Shown piece by piece: positions 53,163 through 64,000 of a DNA stretch of 64,000 bases (positions are counted from its first letter, which is position 1; each line of letters opens with the position of its first letter). Origin of the DNA: Eledone cirrhosa (taxonomy: Eukaryota). The notes below the pieces were generated by a model, which worked only from the letters and a program-made list of their open reading frames with translations, was not told the DNA's origin and searched no databases. The stretch covers positions 125,612,001 through 125,676,000 of the forward strand of contig OZ024741.1 of assembly GCA_964016885.1 (NCBI GenBank), read 5' to 3'. The position numbers were made by a program, and so were the translations under genes.

Positions 53163-53367
53163 AGGCGAGAAGTCGAATGACCAAACGAAATCATTGTAGC
53201 GAGAACATGAGGAGCAAAGCAAAAGGTACAAGAACATGAATGAATAAAACATGCAGAAAAATGTAACTGGAACAATACAAATCAAAACAGTACAAGGGAG
53301 CAAGGAAAATAGTGCTCAAAAATAAGTTTAAAATTCTTCAAAGTCAGATAGTTAATGCTACTAGGGG

Positions 53368-56131
53368 TTAAACGAATATTGTTTTTGAGAGTTTCCGTGG
53401 CCATATTACTGTCCTGCCACTTCGTGTGAAATATGGTTGTGTGGTATGTGGTGTTTGCGGTGGAGGTGAAGGTGTTTGTGTGGGAGTGTATATGCGAGGT
53501 ATGTCAGGCAATGATGTGAAACTTTCAGAGAAAGCCTTCTTTGCTCTGCCAACGGATATTACCTCTTTTCGACCATTGACAGCCACTGTAAAATGTTTTG
53601 GAGTGTGCGAAAGCACACGAAAAGGTCCATTGTAAGGTGACGTAAGAGGTCCCTTGACGGAATCATTCCGTATGAAAATGTGTGTCCACGTAGAGATGTC
53701 CGATGGGACAGCAGAAGAAATAGATTGGTCATGAGGGTTCATTGGTGGAAGATCCGAGAAATACGAACGAATCCTGGTGACATATGATGCTGGGTCAAGA
53801 TGTGATGAATCCACTGGTGCTAACATTTGTCCAGGAAGAGACAATGTGGTACCATAAAGAAGTTCAGCCGAAGAAAAACCTAAATCTGTCTTAATGGCAG
53901 AACGACAACTAAGAAGCACAATTGGCAAAAATTCGGTTCAACGTTGAATCTTAGAGCGCTGACACTTCAAGCAAGAACGTGCCCAACCAGTGATTAAACG
54001 ATGCATATTATGCCAGAAGAATCGAGCCGTAATAAGCTTCACCGTGGCAGCTATGCCAGGATGTGACAAGGAATGAAGTGCATCAAAAACGGTACGCTGA
54101 TGACAATCCGGAACAAGTGGTCTGGGTGAGCCAGTAGAAACATCGCAGAGAATTTTTCCTTCAGAAGATGGAAGAGGTAAATATTCCAGTTTGCTGCAGG
54201 AGAACTGGTCAGAGGAAATGTCCAGTGAATCCAAAGTAGGTTGTTCAGTTGCAATGGCAACTAAATCGATATGTGCAGGAGACGCAAGAGAACACACAGA
54301 AAGTCGAGATAATGCGTCCGCGGGTATGTTGGCAGCTCCAGCTATATGACGAATGTCACTGGTGTACTGGGAGATGAAATCCAAATGTCTGTATACCCTT
54401 GGAGAGTATCTGTCGGACTTGGTTTGAAGAGCGAATGTGAGTGGTTTATGGTCTGTGAATACCGTGAACTCCCGACCTTCAAGAAGATGGTGGAAGTGTC
54501 TCACAGCAAGATAAACTGCTAAAAGCTCTCTGTCAAAAGTACTGTAACGTTGCTCTGCTGGTTTTAGTTGGCGTGAGAAAAACGCCAGTGGTTGAACTTG
54601 GTGATCGATTACATGATGCAAAACTGCGCCAACAGCACAATCAGATGCATCAACAGATAAGGAAAGTCTCGCATTTGCAACAGGATGGGCAAGGAAAGAA
54701 ACTTTAGCTAGCTCAGACTTGACAGATTTAAAGGACTGCAATGCATCGGCAAAAAGTGAAATAGGAGCATCTTTCTTTTTCGTAGCCTTTAAAAACTGTG
54801 TCAAGGGGAACAACTTGTCCGCACAGTTAGGAATGAAGCGACGATAAAAGCTAATTAATCCCAAGAAATGACGTAATTGTTTCAGGGAGGTGGGTGGTAC
54901 GATATGCTGAATCGCTTCTACCTTAGATGGCAAAGGTCGTACGCCTTCTGAATCTATAAGATGTCCAAAGAATTCCAGTGAATCTTCACCAAACACACAT
55001 TTAGCTGGGTTGATTCTGACTTTGTACGATTGGAGACGTTGAAATAACTGAGATAGCTGTTGATGATGGTGTTCATTCGAATCACTGGCTATTAGGAGAT
55101 CATCAACGTAAGCAATCCACGCGTGACTTCATCGATAAAACGCTGGAACGTACTAGAAGCATTCCGCAAACCAAAAGGCATGGACAGGAATTCAAATGAA
55201 CCAAAGGGGGTGGTCACAGCGGTTTTTGATATATCCTCTGGATTCATGGGTATCTGGTGGTATGCACGTATTAGAACTATTTTGGAAAATATCTTGCATC
55301 CATGCAGAACGGATGAAAAATCCTGTAAATTTGGTAGAGGATAACGGTCTGGCGTGGTGATGGCATTAAGTCGTCGATAATTTCCCACAGGCCTAAAATC
55401 CGCTTCAACCTTACGAGCCAAGTGAAGCGGAGATGCCCATGGGCTGGTGGACGGTAATATAAAACCGAGCTGGATCATATGCTCGAACTCGTTTCGTGCT
55501 TTTTTTAGTCTATCCGGAGCCAACCTTCGTGGACGAGAGAAAACAGGTGGACCAGTTGTTGTAACGAAGTGTTGAGTCGAGTGGGCTGCCTGAGTAAGTT
55601 TAAATGAAATATCCGTTAACTCGGGAAACAAAGTAAGGAGTGCATGAAACTGGTTTCCAGCGGCAGCCACAAAAAATGACGGACTGACAGCAGTAGTGGT
55701 AGATTTACGAGTAGGCGTAGATAAGGATGTGTACTATCCACAAGTTTCTGGTTCCTGACATCTACCAAAAGTGAAAAATGCTGTAAGAAATCCGCACCGA
55801 GAATAGGATGAGGAAGGTCGGCAATGACAAAAATCCATTTGAAATCTCGACTTAAAGCTAGGTCCAATGTTAAAGATATTTGTCCATAAGTTTTTATAGG
55901 AGACTGGTTTACTGCATACAAAGAAATGCCGGAAAGAGTTGGCTTGGTAGAGTTGAACCGTAAGGACCAAATACTGCAACTTGATCCTGTGTCGACCATG
56001 AATGATTTGTTTGAAACTCGGTCTCTAATGAAAAAAGCACGATAAGGTGAATTAATGAGGGAAAGATCTGCCATGCCCAGACTCTCCAATTTTAGTTTTC
56101 CGAGGTCTTGAAAGAGCAGGGCTGAATACAA
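53368..56131 (-). pseudogene. pol: Gypsy pol: protease, RT, RNase H, partial integrase
   Basis: VDTGSS protease; SPWASP, YRRLN, MPFGLRNA RT; DAS..VGAVL, TDHKPL, ADALSR RNase H; H-H-C-C zinc finger; YNGPF C-terminal motif. Frameshifted. Confidence 0.92.
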
Positions 56132-56777
56132 TGTTTCGCCTTTTCACGAAAACGCATGTAATACCAACACAAAGACGAGTTGTTGGCGGAGAGGTTGGCG
56201 CTACAGTGAAAGGAAGAAGACCAACTTTGTGAACGCCGTCTAGATGGCGTTCGATCCCTACATAGTTTAGCTACTTGCCTAGTTAACGCGTCAATGGCTC
56301 TCAACATTGAGTCCTCACAAGATGAAGCAGGCTGGGTTTTGAAAGCAGAAGAGGCAATGACCGAATCAGCCAAGGTAGGTTCTCTAGAAAATTCTGGTGT
56401 CAACTGTATTTGCTAATATGGTTTTTACAAAGGAACTGTCTTTGGGTGCATCATCACTGAGTTCACGGATACGCCGTAAAAACTCTGTAGGAGTTCTGTC
56501 CCCCAGATTTTCATCCTCTAATAAGGAACGAAATTTACTCTCAGGTGACCTACAGTTCTTACGCAGTACCTGTCTTCAGAGACTCGTAGGAAACGCCTTG
56601 GGGAGGGTTCTTGATTATGTCTTTTACTGTAATCGCTAGTGAAGCTGGAATTCCGCTGATTAGCATGTTTAATTTTTGCTGCTTTTCCTGTACTCCGTTG
56701 ACCGCAAAATACTCATCAAGCTGGGCGAACCACAATTTGGCATCGCCAGAATACGCTGGTAACGATGTGTTGCTCAT
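56092..56777 (-). pseudogene. gag: Gypsy gag remnant
   Basis: LPAYSGDAKLWFAQLDEYF N-terminus, LGDRTPTEFLRRIREL, and a C-terminal CWYYMRF..KAKHC..PC knuckle-like motif. Frameshifted. Confidence 0.75.
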
Positions 56778-56892
56778 GATGAAATTTGGTTGAGAGAGAT
56801 GATTTTCTTTTTCAAAATGTCAGTAGAAATTATTTGTTCAAACGTCGGTAGAAATTATATGTTCAGACGTTGGTAGAAATTATATGTTCGAA

Positions 56893-56903
56893 CGGGGTCA
56901 CCA
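56893..56903 (-). promoter_or_regulatory. Primer-binding site, tRNA-Trp
   Basis: TGGTGACCCCG one nt inside the 5' LTR, complementary to the 3' end CGGGGUCACCA of eukaryotic tRNA-Trp. Confidence 0.8.
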
Positions 56904-56904
56904 C

Positions 56905-57272
56905 TTTAGTGTTCTGCCAAACCCAGGATTATTTACTTGAGTAAATATCACCGGAATCTAACTACTAAATTTTATACAGAAAAGGATAAGATATATTTAC
57001 AAAACACCATATCGAATACAAGTCTTCATTTTATTATAACTCCGTTATAATTGTTGTACACAAATATCCTCGTACATATTTAGGTATAGTCCACGCCCAT
57101 GATTAACATGTTTATCCTCAGTGTTGTCGGTTCGAAGGAAAGGCGCCAAAGAGAGAAAGAGCTGGCTGTGTTGCCGCTATTTATATAACCTCTTTCTGGA
57201 AGTTGCAAAAGAGAGTTCTAGACTTTCGACGGGAAGTAACTCTAACTACTTCCCTGTCTAGAGAGCGCTACA
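56905..57272 (-). repeat. 5' LTR (368 bp)
   Basis: About six substitutions and a 2-bp indel relative to the 3' LTR, counted by eye. Confidence 0.93.
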
Positions 57273-57310
57273 TATATATATATATATACATATATACAAA
57301 TCATTGTATA

Positions 57311-57360
<50 letters not shown>

Positions 57361-57596
57361 TCATTGTTTTTACATCCACTTTCCATGCTGGCAGTGTTGG
57401 GGTATAAAAATAGAGCTAGTGATGAATGTTGTGATATGCAGTGGTGTAAAATGATTGGGTCAAATGTTGAGGAAGGATGAAAGTGACTGGGTGGGAGGAG
57501 TGATGGGAATAGACCCAGTGATGGATGTTCTGAAGAGAAACGGAATATGATGGCTAAGACATTTTTTGAGGAAGGATTAACATGATTGAGTGTGGC

Positions 57597-59970
57597 TGAG
57601 ACAGAGTGAATGTACCCCACAGCATAGGTTAGTTGTTAGTGATATCTCAGTAAGCAAGAGATGGAATGAGACATATAGGAAGGTGTGGAGAAGAAAGGTC
57701 TGGAAGCTAAAAGACCTTTCACTAAAATACAAATTTAGGAAAGCCCTTCAAGATGTATATGACGAAAAAGAAGACGATTTAGAGACGTATGACATAGATA
57801 ATAACTGGAATTTCTTACATGACAACTTGCTGCAGGCTACTGATGAAACTTATGGCTGGAGCAGAGCTCCAACCAGACAGAGAGTGACCTGGTGGTGGAA
57901 CAGCACAGTAGATAAGGCTATTAGAGACAAAAGACTAGCATGGAAGGCTTGGAAAAAGGGTGGGAGTAGGGAAGAATATACAGCCACTAAGAGAGAAGCT
58001 AGACGTCAGGTGTACTTAGCACGCAGGGAGGCAGAGAGTAGGAGGTTTGCCAATGTTCTGCGACGGGAAGATCAGAGGCATGCGGTGTTCCACATTGCAA
58101 GGCAGTGTGTCAATGCAAATCAGGATATTGTTGGAGATAAATGCGTCCGGGATGATGCCGGTGTACTTTGTGTCATGAATGATCAGAAAAAGGAGGCCTG
58201 GAAATGTAATTATGAGAGACTGATGAATGTGGAGAACAAATGGGAGAGAGAGAAATTACTCTTGGTAGATCCGACAGAGGGACCAGCTATTGAGATTGAC
58301 GAATATAGGGTCCAAGAGGCAATTAGGGAAATGAAAAATGGTAAGGCTGCCGGACCATCGGGAATAGTTGCTGAGATGCTGAAAGCATCAGGGGACGTAG
58401 GCACTAAACTGGTTGCACGCATCATCAATCAGGCTATATTTGGTGGTGTCATACCCAAAGACTGGTGCAGCAGTATTCTCATAAATTGCTACAAAGGTAA
58501 AGGGGGTGCTTTGGAGAGATGCAATTATAGGGGTATAAAACTGATAGATCAGGTTATGAAAGTGGCAGAAATGATTTTAGCACAACTAATTAGAGATGCA
58601 GTTTGGTTTTGTGCCTGGGAAGAGTACAACAGATGCCCTCTTCTTGGTGAGACAATTGCAAGAGAGGTTCTTAGAGAAGAATAAGCCACTATACTTAGCC
58701 TTTGTTGACCTAGAGAAGGCCTTTGATAGGGTACCCCGATCTGTCATCTGGTGGTCCCTAAGGAAGCTGGGTGTTGAGGAATGGCTTGTGAGGACAGTGC
58801 AAACTTTGTACAGAGGTACTCTCAGTAAAGTCAGGGTAGGAATGGAGTTTAGTGAGGAATTCCAGATACAAGTAGGAGTACATCAGGGTTCGGTCCTCAG
58901 CCCGCTCTTGTTCATTATAGTCCTCCAAGCCATAACAGAGGAGTTTAAGACTGGCTGTCCATGGGAACTTCTCTATGCTGACGATCTGGTTCTTATAGCA
59001 GAATCAGTAGAGGAGCTAGAGAATAAATTCTGGCTATGGAAACAGCAGTTGGAAGCAAGAGGACTGAGAGTGAATCTAGCTAAGACAAAAGTGTTGATGA
59101 GTAGAAAAGAGGACAAAACCCTGATTCCGTCAGGGAAATGGCCATGTTCGATATGCAGAAAAGGAACTGGCATAAATTCTATAAAATGCACACAATGCAG
59201 ATCCTGGGTACACAAGAGATGTAGCGGGATAGCAGGCAAACTAACAGGTAGGGAGAAATATGTATGCAGTAGATGTACAGGGAAATTAGACAGTAGAAGT
59301 CGCATTGATAGACATATTTTTCAAATGCAGGAGGGCGTTATAGAAGTGGTGGATAACTTCCGGTACCTAGGAGATCAGATTAGCATGGGAGGAGGGTGTT
59401 CCGAGGCCATAGTATCTAGAATAAGGACGGGTTGGAAGAAGTTTAGGGAGCTGCTTCCTCTGTTGACGAAGAAGGGTTTCTCCCAGCGTACGAAAGGCCG
59501 GTTGTATGATGCCTGTGTGAGGAGCGCGATACTGCATGGTAGTGAGACATGGGCAGCAACTGCAGAGGATATGCGACGGCTGGAGAGAAATGAGGCAAGC
59601 ATGCTCTGTTGGATGTGCAATGTAAATGTGCGTGAACGACCCAGCATAAATGTGTTGAGAGAGAAACTGTGTCTGAGAGGGATAGAATGTAGTGTACGGG
59701 AGAGGAGACTGAGGTGGTATGGACATGTGATGCGCATGGAGGATGACCGATGGGTGAAGAAGTGCCAGGAATTGCCAGTTGAAGGAAGACGTGGTAGAGG
59801 TACACCACGAAAAACATGGGCGGAGATGGTGAGAACAGACCTCAGATCATTGAAGCTCACGGTGGAGATGATGAGGGACCGTGACGAGTGGAGAGATGCT
59901 GTGCTGAATAAGACCCATCCCACCCTTGCAAGCAGGGAAAAGCGGGCGTAAAATGATGATGATGATGATG
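57597..59970 (+). mobile_element. RTE-clade LINE, 5'-truncated, RT + PHD-like finger, (ATG)n tail
   Basis: Homologous to the 4136-6608 protein (VDLEKAFD, GVHQGSVLSPLLF, LLYADD). One frameshifting deletion near 58595. The stop codon abuts the tail. Confidence 0.93.
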
Positions 59971-59979
59971 ATATACATA

Positions 59980-60881
59980 TGATGGACTCTCCCCTCGATT
60001 CATCATATGATCGCTTTCACTGGATATCCTTCCTCAAATGCCTCAAAATGTTGTAGGAGAATTCTTGATTGACGGTCTGGCCCTGTGAGATGAATTCTCG
60101 ATGCAAAATACAATGGATGTCGAAAAAAACGATGAGCATGCTCTTGATTGAGCTACAGCTGTCATGCCTTCTTCTGCCATGGAGATGAAAGATTTTTCCA
60201 GTGTCGACTGTGGTTTCGTTTCAGAATCCTACCCATAGACCCAACTCTCGTCACCAGAGATGATCCTCGACATGAAGAATGGGTCATCAGCGGTGCACTG
60301 ACGGAGATCTTGACAGACTTTAATGCGATGTTCTTTCTGCTCAGTGATCAACCGGCAAGGGACAAACTTGGCAGCAACATGCCACATGTTCAATTCAGAC
60401 GTTAGGATTGCCTGCATGGACCCATACAACAGACCAACGACATCAGCAATATCATTGACTGTCCTCATGCACAAGCTGATTAATTTTCTCCACGTTTCCG
60501 GAAGTGACACTTGTGGCAGGTCTTCCAGGAATCTTCTTCTGCTTTTGAAGCATCCGTGTCACTCGAAACATTGTCTATGACCCACTACAATGTCGCTGTA
60601 AGCTTGCCGAAGAATGTTCAATATCTCTGTAGCAGACTTCCCAAGTTGAATGCAACATTTTACGTTGGCACATTGTTCTAACTGCCTGTGCATGACAAAA
60701 TCGTAAGCTACAGCATACATGTGATCACAAAAACACAAATTTCACAACTTGTGAAGTAAACACAGCGATGTCACTTGGCACATTGGTACATGAAGGTAGC
60801 TCTCACTATATGCACAAACGTGTGTCGCCATATGTTGGCATGCTACAGAACTAATCAAGAAACTTTTTTAATACCACCTCG
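59980..60881 (-). mobile_element. Mariner (DD34D-type) transposon remnant
   Basis: AKFVPCRL (WVP motif), IISGDESWVYG, KSMLIVFFDIH, GQTVNQEF. The terminus TA-CGAGGTGGTATTAAAAAAGTTTC is at 60881. Confidence 0.85.
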
Positions 60882-61159
60882 TATATATATATATATACAG
60901 TGAAATTCGTTATAACGAAATTCACGAGGGATAAAAGAGAATTTGTTGTAACAAAAAATTCTATATAACAAGATCGACCTAACACATCGAGCGTGACCAG
61001 GAAATGAAAAAAATTTCGTTATACTGAAAAATTTGTTATAGTGGTATTCGTTATAACGGAATTTTACCTGTATATAGTTAAAAAGTGAAGATCAAAAAGC
61101 ACAGAAGTATATTTAAAGATTACTTTTTCTTTAATCCAACAGAATGAATAATTTTATGT

Positions 61160-61286
61160 TTGTTGCATTAAATATAACGGGTTTTGATAGGTATACCAAT
61201 CTTATTAAATATTTAATATTTAAAAATTCTTTTTGTGTAACAAACATTGTTATACCAATCGAAATTGGTTATATTTAATGCAACAA
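61160..61286. repeat. Fold-back with hammerhead-like GAAA half
   Basis: ttgttgcattaaatataac / gttatatttaatgcaacaa arms. The arm consensus is tatacc.atcGAAAccggTTA. Confidence 0.5.
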
Positions 61287-63343
61287 TTATATACTCACAA
61301 GACATTCGTTAAATCAGTTTTATTTTGGACGTACCAATACCGAAAGAATACACAATTAAAACATATACAAATACACGTGGCGTACATTGTATATATTACA
61401 TATTGGATAATCAGTAGAATTCGGTTAAGACTTAACAGTCTCTGCATCAGTAGCAGTGAATGTAGTGAGCAGTGAAACATGTTTGTAGTGAAGCATGAGT
61501 GTTGTGTAAGATGAATGCTTGATAATAAATACACCTCCGTCAGTTTCGACGATGAGTGTACCAGTGTAGAATGTCGGACTTTCACATGGTGAGGTCCTAA
61601 GCTATATGGAATTCGAGGCCCTTCTCTAAAAAAATTCGGTTAAAACATAATCATACAATATTTTTATTTATATATTAACGATAATGATAAAAAATAAATT
61701 ATCCCCCAAAAATGTATACACTTCAATAGTATTCTAATCAAAGTGTGTATACATTTTGGGGACACTATTGTGTGTATATGTATGTATATATATATATATA
61801 ACAAAGAGGGTGTGGTAAGATACCAGGTGGACCATAACGCACCAGAGTACTCAATACTTAGGGCAGTAGAGTGGGTAATAGGAAAAGAGTCAGGACCCCG
61901 ACGGCTGAGCTCCGGCCATTTAGACAACGTTCGGATCAAGCTGTCGAAACGGCCGGAGCTCAGCCGTGGGAGTCCTGACTCTTTTCATATATATATATAT
62001 ATGTGTGTGTGTGTTGATGATTTATGGTTAAATGATAAAATAAAAAATATATTTTTTTAAATAAGGCCCCCGAGGGTGTGAGACCCTAAGCTATAGCTTA
62101 TTTAGCCTCTAAGTAAGTCCAGCATTACCAGTGTTAGTGGCTGAATCTTCCACAAACACGTGTGCCTTTAAACTAATTCTCAGTGTTGTGAAAGGCGAAT
62201 CCTAATAAGAGTACGCGTGCCTGTTGAATGCTCAGTCTCGACGAAGAATGTTATTAAAGGTACACGTGTCTATTAAATGCTCAGTCATGCGCTACTTCAT
62301 GAGCTGTCTGTTCCGTTGATCAAAATGGAACACTCATCGTAGAAAGCGACGAAGGTCCATATAAGGGAGATGAAGAGAGAGAGAGAGAGCGTATGTGTGT
62401 GTGTAAGTTCCATCACTAAAACTTCGAAGTCACTGCCACTATTTTCTTCAGAAAATATCTTGCACTATACTCACATGTACACGGGTATTTAAAACACACA
62501 CACACAGACGTATATTTCAATGTATGTGTGTATGCTACCATTCGCGGTGCCGACAAGTGTTCCAGTCGATTCGATCGACGTAAAATTTACGTGCTAGTGA
62601 CCAAGCATTCCATAGACACATGTACCCTAAACAATTATTAGGGAGATTCAGTGACACACAGTGTGTAACAAAGTTGCTCCCCTGAATCGCATGTAACACT
62701 CATTTATTCCAATTGAGTGAACTGTACAACCTGATATAAATTATTTTGCTAAAGGACACAACACGCCGCAACACGCCGGAATCGAACTCATGGCATTATG
62801 TTTGTGAGCTGAACGCCCTAACTACTAAGCCACTATTCATGATTATAAAGAAATCTTTACATAAATCATAACCCTAACGATAAACTTGAATTAGAATCAA
62901 GTGTACTGATAAGGGTTACATGGAGGAGCGACTAGAAATCAGACGACAAAACAAAAGTGAAAGTCATTGAGTTAGATGGGGCGGGGGGTAAAACGAGGAA
63001 GGCATACTATAATGACTCTCAGTTGAAAGAGAAAAAAGGAATAGAACATACAATAGGAGAATGAAAGACCGAGGGATTAAGAGACATACAGACTGTGAAT
63101 AACAAAGAGAGAGAGAAACACAAAGAGACAGACAGACAAAGAGATAGAAAGACAGAGACAGATAGACGAAGAGAGGTGGGATTAAATAATAGAAAGAGTG
63201 AGATTATAGAAATAAAGTAACGAAGAGAAAAGAAAAAAATAGAGACAAAGAAAGAAAATTTATATATATATATACATTATTCTATGTACTATACATGCAC
63301 CTTTGATGAGTTGTAGTGCACCTGAGCACTGTACACAATAATT

Positions 63344-63375
<32 letters not shown>

Positions 63376-63800
63376 GACATAAAAATGGAAATGGGGAGTA
63401 CGGAGAAAGTAAGAACGGCGGGGGAAGTTTTCCTCGTCAGTTGTCCCCTGGGGGTCTCGGGTATTTCAACGCTTTAATATATATATATAGGGTGAATGAG
63501 TTGGGGCCCAGAACCCAACTAAAATTGAGTAATTATTAATATTTATACATATATATATAAATTTTAGTACAGCATTAACGAAGCTTTAGTTCGCGGCCAA
63601 GCTAACGAATGCAAACTCGGTCTAAGCTTTAGCACTCGGATGGGGAAAAGTACCCCCAGAGTAATAACAATACGTTTAGACAGCTTAGCAAATCAAATAT
63701 AGCGACCGGCATTCCAGCCGCATCACTAGAGCAACGAAAATACAGGACTCAGGAAAAGATTTTAGACTGACCTATATATATATATATATATATATATATA

Positions 63801-63855
63801 ATGTCCTGATGATTTCATGCTAATAAAACAGTTGTAGTTCTGTAGAAGTCATTTG
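63801..63855 (+). ncRNA. Degenerate hammerhead-like core related to the 42377-42483 palindrome
   Basis: CTGATGA(63806)tttcatgctaatAAAACagttgtagttctgtagaa aligns with gatgatttctaaagaatGAAACagttctagtcctgtagaa. Confidence 0.45.
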
Positions 63856-64000
63856 TATATATAATATAAGATGCCTATACACTACCAGCGTAGTGAGTAC
63901 CTTTTTTTAACTGGTTTCTCCCGACCACAACTCAGGAATCTACATGTATAAAGGTATCTCTGTGTGTGTGTGTGTGTGTGTGCGCGCACGTGCGTGTGTG

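Larger units (their letters stand above)
52784..57272 (-). mobile_element. Ty3/Gypsy LTR retrotransposon, defective, inserted in (TA)n
   Basis: Two near-identical LTRs, PBS, PPT, and gag-PR-RT-RH-IN domain order. Confidence 0.95.

Overview
Eukaryotic, AT-rich, repeat-saturated non-coding DNA. The RTE LINEs with (ATG)n tails, tRNA-derived SINEs and dense (TA)n/(CA)n microsatellites suggest a cephalopod such as octopus (inference). I found no host protein-coding exon with a recognisable product. Real coding remnants: three large RTE-clade LINEs (3829-6608 minus, 29466-32775 plus, 57597-59970 plus), a two-LTR Ty3/Gypsy element (52784-57272 minus, tRNA-Trp PBS, integrase core deleted), a mariner transposase remnant, older RTE fragments and a probable Penelope-like remnant. 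Most other ORF-track calls are microsatellite or antisense artefacts. Two observations are not explained by the ORF track. (1) Many short islands embedded in (TA)n tracts carry hammerhead-ribozyme cores. One is essentially complete (13568-13648). Several sit in fold-back palindromes, including a perfect 404-bp one, whose turning points lie in or beside the hammerhead. (2) Two diverged RTE LINEs carry a conserved Cys4-His-Cys3 PHD-type finger inserted in the RT C-terminal region. All structures were read by eye and need computational and experimental confirmation.
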